Positions 1-12,701 are shown, counted from the whole stretch's first letter. The stretch is DNA of 54,665 nucleotides, filler included, from Catajapyx aquilonaris (GCA_000934665.2; 2 parts of 2 records of this genome joined end to end with filler, not necessarily neighbours in it), one strand, 5' to 3'. A program made the numbers and translations. Notes: a model not told the origin generated them from the letters alone.

Positions 1-471
1 TCCTGGTTCAGGATGGTGGCCATTATAACACGAAAAAAATTCAGATTTCATCCAGAAACAATGAACAGACAATGAACAGACAATGAGCAATGAAAGATCG
101 AAATGTTCGGGTACTCCCAGGTATGCTGGAAGCACCAAATTTGGGTCAAAAAATAGGCCCTGCTTTCAAACCTCCGGGAAAAGTCCAACATTGCAAGTAG
201 GTCATCCTGGTCCAGGATGGTGGCCATTATAACACGAAAAAAATTCAGATTTCATCCAGAAACAATGAACAGACAATGAACAGACAATGAGCAATGAAAG
301 ACCGAAATGTTCGGGTACTCCCAGCTATGCTGGAAGCACCAAATTTGGCCCAAAAAATAGGCCCTGCTTTCAAACCTCCGGGAAAAGTCCAACATTGCAA
401 GTAGGTCAACCCGGTTCAGGATGGTGGCCATTATAACAAGAAAAAAATTCAGATTTCAACCAACAACAATG
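1..471. repeat. Tandem repeat, 204-bp unit, about 2.3 copies visible (runs off the window start)
   Basis: Unit starts TCCTGGTTCAGGATGGTGGCC at 1 and recurs with minor variants at 205 and 409; near-identical copies with an internal AATGAACAGAC duplication. Confidence 0.95.
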
Positions 472-1996
472 TGAAGTGTTGCATAGCAATGTACTAGACT
501 CTTTGACAGTTTGACTAGCAGAACTGTAGCCTATATTTTAGAGCAGAAGAAGTTTTGGTGTGCTCCTCATTTCCCTGCCCTCCTATACGCCTTCGACAGG
601 AATTACAACAGTGACTACCACAAATGAGGTAGCCATTTTGCCATAGAGTAATTCCACGCCGGAAGAGTCATTATCCAAAAATGAAGTAACGCATTGTGAG
701 GTGGCTATGACTTATTGCAGAGGTTCCCAAACTGTGATCCACGAACCTTCTCCAAGTGCTCCGCGAAGAGGTTGAGGGAAAAAATAATTCTTCAATAATT
801 AGTTAATGACTTAATTTAGTCTCTCACTTCAAGGAAAGGCAGCAAATGGTTTTGATGTCATGCAGTGATAAAGTACGAGGTGTGATCGAAAAGTTCTCGG
901 ATTTTCGATATACTCGTCCCGAAGAGTTGAGTTTTGAGGGGGTTCCTGAGAAAGCACCTTTTTTCGCCCCTCCTCCGCCCGCCCGGATCCTGGATTTGTG
1001 GTGGGTTGGGGGGTGGTATTGACCAGTTCCAGTTAGCGTATACAGATCCCAAAATTTGCACAAAAATTGGTCCTCATCTGAAACCACCAGGAAAAGTCTA
1101 AAACTGTAAATCGCCCATTTTGGGTGCAGACTGCCGCCATTCAAACACGAAAATAATTCAAAAAAAAAGGAACAATACATGATATATGGTCTGAGCCATA
1201 GTACCAATGTATTGACATTGTTGCAAAGAGAATTCTAGAGGCTAGACGTGTCTTTCTCTCACTCTCTGTTCAAAATCAAACTCTTGACTTGGTTAACGGC
1301 GCAGTTGGGTCTGTACACAGTGTTCCATACCACCCCGATTAGCCACAAAAAGTTAAATTCGTAAGAATTAAATTTTCAATCGGTCAAGAGTTAATACTGG
1401 TTAATACCGATCAAGAGCAAATATTTCAAATTATGACAAACGCATTCATCCATAGGAAACAACAGCTGACGGCATCACGATTCGTAAGAGCCAGCGCAGG
1501 GTTTGAGCATTGAGCTTATAGACAGTGTATATTATGGACTTTGGGTCGTCACTACTTTTCTGTTGTGGTCAAGCGTGTGTGGCCTTGTCTCGAGTCAAAA
1601 AATTGGATGGAATTCATCTAATCAACTTTGATCGCACTTAAGTTAAAGCTAACGATGAAGCCATTTAACGGAATATAACAGACTAAGACTTAAATTCAGG
1701 CCGGACCTTTGCAGTTTCCAATTCACTCATTCTAAGAGGCATCCAAAGTTCCCCAAATATGTACATCGGGTTCAAGAGGATAGCCAAACATATCTCCAAT
1801 GTCAAGTCTCAGACCATGCTGACGGTGGTCGGGGGGGGGGGGGGGTGTTTTCGTCGTGGACAATACTCAAGGTGAATGCAGCGCAAATAGATTCTAGGGA
1901 CAAGGAGATTGGTCATACTCCGAGGCAGCTACATTTTTACTTTCTTCGTGTCATTCATTCATTCAACCTTGATTCAACTTAACAAAAAGTGGTGAG

Positions 1997-2723
1997 ATCC
2001 CCCTCAAAAACGCACTCGTAAAAAACGCGCCAAGTCGTCTGCCGAAAAAACCTGTGAGATAGTGCCTGGGAGCCATGCCTTGTCCACTCCGCCGTACAAA
2101 GTCGTGAGATCGTGGTGGACGCCAAGCCTTTCTTCGAGGCTATAAGCTAAGTGAGATGACTTGGCCGGACTTGGTTCACGGGCACGAGGAACAATGCAAT
2201 GCGTGGTTTAATATAATAGAAAGTAAACTTTTAACACTCATTGGTAGAGCCATTACCCAAAAATGTGACCTTCGAATGGAATATTAACTTTTAACTGTCA
2301 ATGGTGGAGCAGTAACGTAACAACTCCACCTTCAAATTACAAATACAGTTCCTTGATTCATTAGAAGAATTATAAATATACTTGGACCTCTGATTCGTAT
2401 CACAGGACTACAAAATGTCATCTTCGAATCGCACATGATTACAATCGCGGTTTATTAGACTTGATAATTGAGTCGTACAGCTAAAATTGGGTATCTTGAC
2501 CAAATTCCAGCGAACTGAACCCGTATTGTTCCTCGTGCACGTGAACCAAGTCCGGCCAAGTCATCTCACTTAGCTTATAGCCTCGAAGAAAGGCTTGGCG
2601 TCCACCACGATCTCACGACTTTGTACGGCGGAGTGGACAAGGCTTGGCACCCAGGCACTATCTCACAGGTTTTTTCGGCAGACGACTTGGCGCGTTTTTT
2701 ACGAGTGCGTTTTTGAGGGGGAT
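1997..2723. mobile_element. MITE with about 199-bp terminal inverted repeats
   Basis: 1997-2195 is the near-perfect reverse complement of 2525-2723 (ATCCCCCTCAAAAACGCAC...GTGCGTTTTTGAGGGGGAT); non-coding interior. Confidence 0.9.
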
Positions 2724-2885
2724 AAAATAATATACGGTATCATTGTAATGGCGAAAATTTGTCTAAAATAAATAATTTGCGGGGTAACGTGGTAGTACAG
2801 TAGAAGAAAGGATGCTCCAGTTTCTCTCCTGCATGAATTTTCAGGTGTGTATTGAAATTACTTTTCTCTGGAACACTTCACAATT

Positions 2886-3725
2886 TCATGCTTTGTCTCC
2901 TGTATGAATTCGCATATGAATTTTCAAATTATGTGAATTACTCAGCTTTTTCTGGCACACCTCACAAGTGAATGGTTGGTCCCCTGTGTGCATGCGCATG
3001 TGAATTTTCAACTTACTTGATGTACGAAATTTTTGGCCACACATCTCGCAAGTAAATGGTTTTTCTCCTGTATGAATGCGCATGTGATTTTTCAAAGTAC
3101 TGGAATAATAGAGCTTTTTCTGGCACACCTCACAAGTGTATGGTTTGTCGCCTGTATGAATTTGCATGTGACACTTCAAATTTGATGAATCACAAAATCC
3201 TTTCTGGCACACCTCACAAATGAATGGTTTTTCTCCTGTATGAATTCGCATGTGGATTTTCAACTTACATGATTTACGAAATCTTTTCTGGCACACCTCA
3301 CAAGCAAATGGTTTTTCTCCTGTATGAATTTGCATATGCTTTTTCAAAGTACTGGAATCACAAAATCTTTTCTGGCACACCTCACAAGTGAAAGGTCTTT
3401 CTCCTGTATGAATTCGCATGTGATACTTCAACTTTGATGACTCACTAAATCTTTTCTGACACACACCACAAATGAATGGTTTTTCTCCCGTATGGGTTTG
3501 CATATGCTTTTTCAAAGTATGTGAATTACAAAATATTTTCTGGCAAACATTGCAGGATTTCTTTTTACTATGAGTTATGAGATGTATTTTCATGGCACGC
3601 AGGGTACCAAATATTTTCTGGCATATTCCGCACTCAAATGGGTATCTTCCACAACATATTCCCCTGCTCCTATCATCCTGGATGCCTTTCTCTTCTATGC
3701 CGCCTTCAGTTCTCAGTTGCACAAA
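2886..3725 (-). CDS. C2H2 zinc-finger gene A, exon 2 (9 fingers)
   Basis: ORF 2886-3788 has 9 CxxC-x12-HxxxH repeats with HTGEKP linkers. Acceptor ...ACATTCCAG|TTTGTG at 3726/3725 is phase 0, matching the exon-1 donor. Confidence 0.9.
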   Translation of the reverse strand, partial: FVQLRTEGGIEEKGIQDDRSRGICCGRYPFECGICQKIFGTLRAMKIHLITHSKKKSCNVCQKIFCNSHTLKKHMQTHTGEKPFICGVCQKRFSESSKLKYHMRIHTGERPFTCEVCQKRFCDSSTLKKHMQIHTGEKPFACEVCQKRFRKSCKLKIHMRIHTGEKPFICEVCQKGFCDSSNLKCHMQIHTGDKPYTCEVCQKKLYYSSTLKNHMRIHTGEKPFTCEMCGQKFRTSSKLKIHMRMHTGDQPFTCEVCQKKLSNSHNLKIHMRIHTGDKA

Positions 3726-4401
3726 CTGGAATGTTAAATTACAGTACATCAATTTCAATGGAGTGAAGCTTTCCACCATCTTTGCCATTTGCAGGGCATC
3801 TTTTGTTATAAAGGCTCAAGATGTTGCGCCACAGATCCACTTGTCAAATCACTGAATTTAGTGGGACCACATGAAATGTTGCAATGATAGAAACAATGAC
3901 CTCTGTTGGAGAGAGGTCCAAATGCACAAATTTATTCACATTTTAATGTACGAATATTTTGAAAACATCCACAAATTTCTTCGAGCTGTCATTTCTTATT
4001 CCCCTAATCACTCTAATGTATCCAAAGTCACAGCTGTTTCCGAATATGTCATGGGGTCAGAGTGTCCAGCACCCTCCATTTTCTGTAACATATCTACCCG
4101 AATCAATCTTATTTTGCAGAAAATACTGCACATCAATCATTGTCACTAATGTATTGGTGGAAATGGCTTTGTTACTATGCAAATAGCTGTTTAATATGCA
4201 TTCATAGGCTCTGATTCCGAATATGAAGTCAGGTCTTTCTATCAGCCTTCATTTTCTTGTAACAAAACCTACTTACCTGAATGTAGCGTAACTGAATGTC
4301 ACCAACACATTGGTCAACAATGGGTCTGTTAAACGCACACTTTCTGATATTAGCTGGAACTGATTTTGAATATAAAATCATAGATTTTCTATTGGCAGCA
4401 G

Positions 4402-4449
4402 TTTTCTATAAGGGACAAACAAACAAACTCACAAGCTCATTTATATAGA
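4402..4449 (-). mobile_element. Helitron-like 5' end fragment
   Basis: Minus strand A|TCTATATAAATGAG...GTTTGTTTGTTTGTCCCTTATAGAAA matches the 5' end of the Helitron at 17547. Confidence 0.55.
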
Positions 4450-4459
4450 TGTCAGTATT

Positions 4460-6174
4460 GGGTAAATCCACGTCAAGGCGATCACTCATGAAACCTCCCC
4501 TCCTCCGATTTTGACAAAATTTGGTAGAGTTGTAGGCTTCATAGAGTTATAGTATCGGGCCAAATTTCGCGTTAATTGGTTCGACCTGTTCGGCGTGGTA
4601 ATTCACGGAAATTGTTACCATCGGGCAGCACGCGGCGCGGTTTTTCGGACATTTTCTTGAATAACTTTTTTTCTATTGGTCGTATTTGGACAATGAGCAT
4701 ATCTATGGATAGATCACAGTTAGACGAATCATAAAAAGCCACTTTAATAAAAATATTGCGCAATTTCTGCTCCGGATTTTCGTAATGTGACCTTTGACCT
4801 CATTTTTAAGGAATTGAGGTATCTTCGATTTTGAGAATTGATGTGTCATATGAAAGGCCAGGACATGTTCTAGGCGACTGCCAAAAATCATGCTGGGCCC
4901 TCCAGAGGCTGTCGAGAAAATAAATAATACGTCTTCGAACTCCCAATAATGCATGTGTCAAGTAGTCGGGCTTAACTGAGAAACCCGGCAAACCCCCTAT
5001 GATGGAGAAATGACTCACATCTTGTGATGATTATTGTTTTGGTTGTATTCTTCTGACATGTTGGATACCTGTGAACAGGTTTTTGGGTTGATCCTTGGGG
5101 ACTTTGGGGTAGTCTGCTCCGAGCTCAGCAAGAGTTCGAAAGTGTCAGTTCTAAGCTTCTAGCTAACATGATCCTTTGGTGAGTGAGTATTACATTGCAC
5201 ATTGACATTGTTACATGTGGTTTACTATGACAGAGATTTTACAAACAGTTCTCTGTCACTAGAATCGTCATCATTTACAACTGCATGACTATATAATGAT
5301 AAGTAATGCTGATACTGTTGCAATCAAGGTAGCAATCCGTCTCTTTGTTTTTTAAAATTGATTTCATACTTGAAAATAGGAATCCCAGTCAAGATTATTT
5401 CCTACTTTTCCGAAGGGGCCATACCTGTCAGTGGGACTCAAGTAACATGCATTTTAACCAGTGCTGTTGCAATAGTTACTGTCGGTATGAACTCACTAAG
5501 GAGAGAGGGAAGATTGTGAGAGTAGGTTAAAAATAAAGGCACCATCAATCAGTGGAATCTTCACTTCCAGAACACGGGAGCCTATACAAGTAATTTTAAC
5601 ATTTTTCCACATCACATCATATCATTCCATAATCATAGGGGGTCTCACTGTGAAGCCCGATTACTTCATTATCGGCTGGTTAGAAGACGTTTTATTTATT
5701 TTCTTGACAGCCTCTGGTTGGCCCAGCATGATTTTTGGCAGTCGCCTAGAACATGACCTGGCCTTTCATATGACATATCAATTTTCAAAATCGAAGATAC
5801 CTCAATTCCTTAAAAATGAGGTCAAAGGTCACATTACAAATATCCATGGCACGAGCGGAAATTGCGCAACAGTTTTATTACAGTGGCTTTTTATGATTCG
5901 TCTAACTGTGATCTACCCGTAGATATGCTCATTGTCCAAATACGACCAATAGAAAAAAAGTTATTCAAGAAAATGTCCGAAAAACCGCGCCGCGTACTGC
6001 CCGATGGTAACAATTTCCGTGAATTACCACGCCGAACAGGTCGAAGCAATTAACGCGAAATTTGGCCAGATATTATAACTCTATGAAGCCTACAACTCTG
6101 CCAAATTTCGTCAAAATCGGAGATGGGGGGGTAAATTCTTACGCCAAAGTGATCGAATTGACATGGACTTACCC
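4460..6174. mobile_element. Non-autonomous foldback-type DNA transposon, about 540-bp TIRs, 4-bp TSD (TATT)
   Basis: 4460-~5005 is inverted against ~5630-6174 (ORF pairs 4572-/5862+ and 4703-/5650+ are mirror images). Ends GGGTAAATCCACGTCAA / TTGACATGGACTTACCC, both flanked by TATT. Confidence 0.88.
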
Positions 6175-6186
6175 TATTACCATATA

Positions 6187-6751
6187 CAGGGTGTTTATTG
6201 TAACTCTGCAAAGACTTTCAGGGCTAATAGAGGGGACCAAGGCTAGTATTTTTGACACAGGAACCCGTGTCCGGAAACGCCATCTAGAGGGGGTTCATAG
6301 ACAAGGAACGGGTGCGCTCAGACGAGTCACGAGGGAGGCTCTAGGCAAGCGGACTGTTTTGTTGGTAGATGGCACGCACTTGTTGCCAGGTTATGGCGTA
6401 TCGCGTCTTTGTAAGTAAACAACAACGTGATACGCCATAACCTGGCAACAACAGAACCGCTGTTGACTATCCGCGCGTCTCCTATGAGGCGGACTTTATA
6501 GTTGCTCGATGGCTCTGCTGTTGCCAGGTTATGACACATCGCATTGGTGTTTACTATCCGAGCGCCATCTATCAACAAAACAATCCGCTCGCCTAGAGCC
6601 TCCAACGCGACTCGTCTGAGCACACCCCTTTCCTTGTCTATGAACCCCCTCTAGATGGAGTTTCCGGACATGGGTTCCTATGTCAAAAACACTTGTGTTG
6701 GTCCCCTCGATTACCCCTGAAAGTCTTTGCAGAGTTACAATAAACACCCTA
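6187..6751. mobile_element. Palindromic Tc1/mariner-type MITE, copy 1
   Basis: TA|CAGGGTGTTTATTGTAACTCTGCAAAGAC ... GTCTTTGCAGAGTTACAATAAACACCCT; almost the whole element is an inverted repeat. Confidence 0.85.
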
Positions 6752-6806
6752 GGGAAAAGTTGCAGTTTCAATATTGGCCCAATATTCACACCAATATTGC
6801 TCAATA

Positions 6807-7378
6807 TAGGGTGTTTCCAGTAACTGTGTAAAGACTTGCAGCGGAAATAGAGGGGACCATGACAAGTATTTTTGACATAAGAACCCATATCCGGAAACGC
6901 CATCTATAGGGGGTTCATAGACAAGGAACGGGTGGGCTCAGACGTGTCATGCGGGAGACGCTAGAGGAGTGGACTGTTTTGTTGATAGATGGCACTGGGA
7001 TAGTAAACAAGGTGCGAAGTGCCATAACCTTGCAACAACAGAGCCATCTAGCAACTAACGTGTATGTCTCCTAGGAGACGCGCATATAGTAAACACTGGT
7101 CCTGTTGTTGCCAGGATATGGCTTATAGCGTCGTTTGTTTACTTACAACAACGCAATATGCCATAACTTGGCAACAACTGCTCGCCATCTACGAGTATCA
7201 GCAAAACAGTCCGCTCGCCTATCGCCTCCCGCGTGAAGCATCTGAGCTCACCCTTTCCTTGTCTATGAACCCCCTCTAGATGGCGTTTCCAGACACGGGT
7301 TCAAATGTCAAAAACACTTGTCTTGGTCCCCTCTATTACCCCTACAAGTTTGTCCCCTGAATTCATTTATACACCCTG
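6807..7378. mobile_element. Palindromic Tc1/mariner-type MITE, copy 2 (diverged)
   Basis: Same family as 6187-6751 (shared GGAAACGCCATCTA.AGGGGGTTCATAGACAAGG); ends ACACCCTG|TA. Confidence 0.8.
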
Positions 7379-7530
7379 TATTGCTACATGGGTAAGGTCA
7401 TAGATTGAAGCAGCTGCTCTCAGCAGTTATCCTCTCCAGTCCATCCAGACCCCACAAACGGGTTTCACTTGATTCATCCTAGTAGCATTATTAGCGTAAA
7501 ATTATGCCACCGTTTCAGCAGATCACTTAC

Positions 7531-7803
7531 CCCACTAGTCCTTCCAGATCCAACTCCTAATGGGTCGTCTTCATCTACGACCTCCCTATTCGTGTCCACC
7601 ACCATCTTCTCCTCCCCTGCTTCCTCCTTCTTGACCTCGAGGAGAGTGTCTTCCATGAGCGTGGTAGACTCATTGTCCAACCATGGTGGTGGTGCTTCCT
7701 GCTCCTCCTTCACCCTTAGCCTCCAACTCTCCTCGTCCACTGTGATGTCCTCCTCCTCCTCCTTCACTTCCTCCTCCTTCTTTATCCTCAGGATCAAGGA
7801 CAT
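7531..7803 (-). CDS. Zinc-finger gene A, exon 1 (91 codons, acidic N-terminal domain)
   Basis: ATG at 7803 (MSLILRIKKEEEVKEEE...DEDDPLGVGSGRTSG), followed by consensus donor GGG|GTAAGT at 7531/7530. The same exon precedes all three intact arrays. Confidence 0.8.
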
Positions 7804-7944
7804 GGCCCTGTGAGACGGCGGCGGGTTGAGTTCGATTCCCTCTCTCTGTGCAGAATGCTGCGGCCCGGTCTCTCGCTCTATCCAGTCTATCGAGGCCAAG
7901 TCACTCCGCCATCTTTCATCTAGTCTTCCTTCCCATTCTTTTAT

Positions 7945-7952
7945 ATGCAAAT
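7945..7952 (+). promoter_or_regulatory. Octamer motif ATGCAAAT in the conserved upstream block of the ZF genes (also 19631-19638 and 27126-27133)
   Basis: TATGCAAATGAGGGTGCGTTCCTACCCCCGCACCA is conserved about 140-150 bp upstream of the ATG in all three copies; function is inferred only. Confidence 0.35.
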
Positions 7953-8552
7953 GAGGGTGCGTTCCTACCCCCGCACCAGGATGGAAGGACGGGCTTATGC
8001 GCTATCACTCAGGAGTAGCCGCTACTGGTCCAGAGCTGCTACTTTCTGCAGCAACGCTATTCACAAGTCGCTGCGGCTTGTCTTCCGTCGTCGTCTGTTT
8101 GAAAGTGATGAAGTCACAGTTTCTTCCTCCGGGTTGGAGGCTATTCCACATTTCGGGTTAACTGTGCATCGACAAAGACGAAAAGGTAGGAAGAAAAGAA
8201 TCACAATGAATCTCACTATGTCTAAAAAAAAGTAAAACTATAGTGGCGGTGGTTCCATTTCAGATCAGGCCAGATCCAGAAAAGTTGTCAGGGCTTGGTC
8301 TCCGATTATTACGGATAAATTACACTAATTTGTAAGTACCGCTGTCGAAATGATGACGAATGACACTGGCTATTTTTCAGTGTTATTTTTTATTTGGCCT
8401 GAAAACAACCGCAGGGGTACCAAATCTGCTGTTTCTCGAAGTTCATTTTTTTCTCAACTTCGGACGCGTGTACCAATTTTCCTATACGTTACACAAAACC
8501 CACATTTGGAATGGAGCAACTGCCTACGTACGTAGGTCTGAATTTTCGATAT

Positions 8553-8952
8553 TTATTTATTTATTTATTTTCGTACCCCGTTGAGCTGTATAAGCCTTTG
8601 GGGGGGGGGGNNNNNNGGGGGGAGACGACTACAACAGACATACCCATATTCAGTTACACTAAAAATTCATGCGCTTGCTCACATTGTGCAGGAAATTGTG
8701 CAAATTGTGGAGATTTGGGCCCGCGACATTATTGATCATCGTCATAAGATTACCATTTGGGGCTGGCGGGAACGAGTACAGAAAGGAGTTGCGTGGTGTG
8801 GATAGGAGAGGGCAGTCATACAAAATATGAAATAAGTCAAAGGCTGCTGTCTGATTACATAACATACAGTCCTGCTCTGGCGTCAGCGAAATAAAGGTGT
8901 GCCCCACCTTGAGATGTGTTGAGCAATTTTTGACATTTATTATGAGACGCTT
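8553..8952 (-). mobile_element. 5'-truncated LINE (ORF2 C-terminal CCHC region + 3' UTR)
   Basis: CMLCNQTAAFDLFHILYDCP zinc knuckle, (TAAA)n tail, 14-bp TSD TGAATTTTCGATAT at 8539-8552 and 8953-8966. Confidence 0.88.
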
Positions 8953-9495
8953 TGAATTTTCGATATCATCGGGAGTGCAGTGTAACAACAACAATCTGAT
9001 CCACGCCTATTCTTCAGCGGATACGTACGTACACTCCTATAGGAAACGGGATGCTCCAGTTACGAATGCGAAGCCAAAAAGTGTATACTGTAAGTGGGGG
9101 TGACTTTGTGCCAAATCAAATTTTGTCGGATCTCGCGCCACTATTATTTGACGTTTTTGACTGAAACCAACGCCAGTAGACGGAGCCCTACGTATATGTT
9201 GTGCTACCTGGTAGCCAACTTGGAAAGCTCCTGAGACACCTCCAGCATTATTGGCAGTCACATTTCAAGTTTGCAAACGGCGAGTATTGTTGGCCCTTCT
9301 TCCGACTACTTTCCGTATAGTAGCTACCGGCACAGTTGCAATGAGAGTAAATCATGTATTTGAAGACAAATTATACAACATGTTGCAAGATTGAACTTGA
9401 TTTGTAGGAGATAAGAGGGTGTTAAGATGAATTTTGTGACATGCGGGGTGACTTTGTGACATCATCAACTTGTCACAATGACAGTCCAAGGATAT

Positions 9496-10850
9496 TAGTC
9501 CGGACGTTAAGGGATTCAACCGTGCATTTGGTGAAAAAAGCATGAAATTTGGATACAAATGTCCCTGAGAGCATACTCTTCAAATTCAGATATGGCGCCA
9601 CCCCCGTTTTCGCCCAGGAGGCGGGTTGGCTACACTGAAGCGAGTGACAAGTCTTCTTCTGAGCGAACTATGCTTCCTAGGCGGATATGTGCCAAACAAA
9701 TGTTGTGGGGAAACATGTATCCTACAGAAAGTATAGAGTAACTTTTCCACGTACGGTCAGTATTTTCGGAGCTACAGCGACTTGAACCAAATTAAGGGAC
9801 GAAAAAAAAGTCAACCGTGCATTGGTGAAATTTGGTGAGAATGTCCCAGAGACCATACTCCTCCAATCCAGATATGGCGCCACGGTCGTTTTCGCCCAGG
9901 TGGCCCGTAATTGCGGGTTGGCTACCTTGACGCGAGTAAAAAGTATTTTCTGAGCGTACTATGCCTCTCAGGCGGATATGTTCCAAACAAACATTGTACA
10001 GAAACATGTACTCTACAAAAAGTATGAAGTACCTTTTCCACGTAGAGCCCTTATTTTCAGAGCTACATCGACTTGAACCCATAGTCATGGAATTAAGGGA
10101 TGAAATGGTCAACCGTGCACTTTGGTGATGAAGACATGAAATATGGTAGGAATGTCCTAGGGACTACACTCTTCAAATTCAGATATGGAACCACCCCAGT
10201 TTTCGCCCAGGAGGCCCGTAATTGCGGGTTGGCTACCCTTCAGAGAGTGAAAAGTCTTTTTAAAGTCGCTTTAGCTACGAAAATAAGGGCTCTACGTGGA
10301 AAAGGTACTTCATACTTTTTGTAGAGTACATGTTTCTGTACAATGTTTGTTTGGAACATATCCGCCTGAGAGGCATAGTACGCTCAGAAAATACTTTTTA
10401 CTCGCGTCAAGGTAGCCAACCCGCAATTACGGGCCACCTGGGCGAAAACGACCGTGGCGCCATATCTGGATTGGAGGAGTATGGTCTCTGGGACATTCCT
10501 ACCAAATTTCACCAATGCACGGTTGACTTTCTTTTCGTCCCTTAATTTGGTTCAAGTCGCTGTAGCTCCGAAAATACGGACCGTACGTGGAAAAGTTACT
10601 ATATACTTTTTGTAGGATACATGTTTCCCCACAACATTTGTTTGGCACATATCCGCCTAGGAAGCATAGTTCGCTCAGAAGAAGACTTGTCACTCGCTTC
10701 AGTGTAGCCAACCCGCCTCCTGGGCGAAAACGGGGGTGGCGCCATATCTGAATTTGAAGAGTATGCTCTCAGGGACATTTGTACCAAATTTCATGCTTTT
10801 TTCACCAAATGCACGGTTGACCCATTATTCGTCCCTTAACGTCCGGACTA
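9496..10850. mobile_element. Foldback-like element, about 580-bp inverted arms built from about 290-bp subrepeats, TAT TSD
   Basis: Ends TAGTCCGGACGTTAAGGGA / TCCCTTAACGTCCGGACTA, TAT on both sides. The empty site is visible in the paralogous segment at ~13911-13925. Confidence 0.92.
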
Positions 10851-11109
10851 TATTGTTTACTGTTTTGACCTATGGTTCGGTCCTTTAGGGTACCGTGCCA
10901 CTAGAAATCATACACATCCAAATTCAAGTTTAAAGAAATCAGACACCTAGGACATCACGAAATTAAGGGCCTGAACTAAAAGACCAAAAACAAGATAAAA
11001 ATCTCTTTCATAATATTAGGCTACATTATAAAGGATCAACTTTATAAAATAATATATCATTGTAATGGCGAAAATTTGTCTAAAATAAATAATTTGCGGG
11101 GTAATTGCT

Positions 11110-12008
11110 GTAGTTTCTCTCCTGTATCAATTTGCAGTGATGTATTCAAATTACTTGATAACTTCCCAATTTCATGATTTGTCTCTTGTATGAATTCGCA
11201 TATGCAATTTCAAATTATATGAATTACGCAGCTATTTCTGGCACACCTCACAAGTGAATGGTTGGTCCCCTGTGTGCATATGCATGTGAATTTTCAACCC
11301 ACTTGATACACTAAATTTTTGGCCACACACCTCGCAAGTAAATGGTTTTTCTCCTGTATGAATTCGCATGTGAGTTTTCAAATGATTTGAATCACGGGAC
11401 CTTTTCTGGCACACCTCACAAGTGAATGGTTTCTCTCCTGTATGAAGTCGCATGTGATACTTCAACTGTGTTGAACTACAAAATCTTTTCTGACACACCT
11501 CACAAATGAATGGTTTTTCTCCTGTATGAACCAGTATGTGCTTTTTCATACTATATGAATCACGAAACTTTTTCTCGCACACCTGACAAGGAAATGACTT
11601 TTCACCCGTATGAATTTTCGAATGCTTTTTCAAATAACTGGAATCACTGAACTTTCTCTGGCACACCTCACAACTAAACGGTTTGTCTCCTGTATGAATT
11701 TGCATGTGAGTTTTCAAATGACTGGAAGCACGGAACTTTTTCTGGCACACCTCACAAGTGAAAGGTCTTTCTCCTGTATGAATTCGCATGTGATACTTCA
11801 ACTTTGACGAATTATAAAAGCTTTTCTGACACACCTCACAAATGAATGGCTTCTCTCCCGTATGAATTTGCATATGCGTTTTCACGAAATATTTTCTGGC
11901 AAACATTGCAGGATTTTTGTCCACGATGAGTTATGAGGTGTGTTTTCTTAGCACCCCGGGCACCAAATGTTTTTTGGCATGTTCTGCACTCAAATGGGTA
12001 TCTTCCAC
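11110..12008 (-). pseudogene. C2H2 zinc-finger pseudogene (paralog of gene A)
   Basis: Starts GRYPFEC like gene A. Frameshifting deletion in finger 2 (~11885), 7 intact fingers, AAG>TAG stop at 11232. Homology to gene A stops at 12008, so the acceptor and exon 1 are missing. Confidence 0.85.
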
Positions 12009-12223
12009 CCCGAGGAAGACGCCACTGCCTCCCGAACCGACAAGGTCTTGGTCTGGCGCACCTCTTCGACATGTTGGATGGCTGGAAAACACACTTCCTA
12101 GGGTGACCAGATGCACATAGTCGGGAAAAAGGAGGACAACATGTAAAAAAGGAGGACACCACAAAAAATTAAGACAGCGTAGTCATTCATAACTCATCAT
12201 TTAATCAATACATAATAAAGAGA

Positions 12224-12356
12224 GGAAAACGAGAGAACGATCTGACTTCATAGTTTCTTAACATTGTTTCTTTTAGTTGACACTGTTTACTCATATTGTT
12301 CTCTGAGGGTATTTCCATGGAAACCTTGATGAAGTCAGATCGTTCTCTCGTTTTCC
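12224..12356. repeat. 28-bp perfect inverted repeat (small MITE-like hairpin)
   Basis: GGAAAACGAGAGAACGATCTGACTTCAT (12224-12251) against ATGAAGTCAGATCGTTCTCTCGTTTTCC (12329-12356); no TSD seen. Confidence 0.75.
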
Positions 12357-12701
12357 GCACATTATTTTAATCTAATCATCACTTTTCCCGTCACTTTTTC
12401 GACTTTTTCGCACGACATATACACATAACATGAACAGGAGTACTTATGTAGTACTTTTTTGCGAGACATTGGCATTCCTTATGACTTTTATTTCCAGAAG
12501 TCAAACTATAAAATATGTTATAAATTTTATTGTTCTGATAAAACCCTGATTGAAAGCAGCATACACTATGTATGTACAGTACAGTAGTTCATTTAAAACC
12601 TCGAAACAGCTTATTTGAAGATACCTAGAACCACTTTCGGATTATACGTGTTTTCCGATCATCTGCACGACTGCATCAATTAGCACAGACAATCGGGAGT
12701 G

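Noticed and set aside
1..471. CRISPR-like array
   Set aside because: Whole 204-bp units repeat with no unique spacers, and the context is eukaryotic.
718..905. hAT-like (CAGAGGTTCCCAAACT) and mariner-like (TACGAGGTGTG) termini
   Set aside because: Single ends only; no partner TIR or TSD found.
3726..3788. MAKMVESF... as true N-terminus of the ZF proteins (also in B and C)
   Set aside because: Lies upstream of a conserved in-phase splice acceptor; more likely intronic read-through, though not excluded.
7804..7950. Upstream extension of exon-1 ORFs (MHIKEW/MHKKEW)
   Set aside because: Frame not conserved between A and B/C, and it crosses a CT microsatellite; probably 5' UTR or promoter.
4572..10787. 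Duplicated short ORFs on opposite strands
   Set aside because: By-products of inverted-repeat arms, with no protein motifs.
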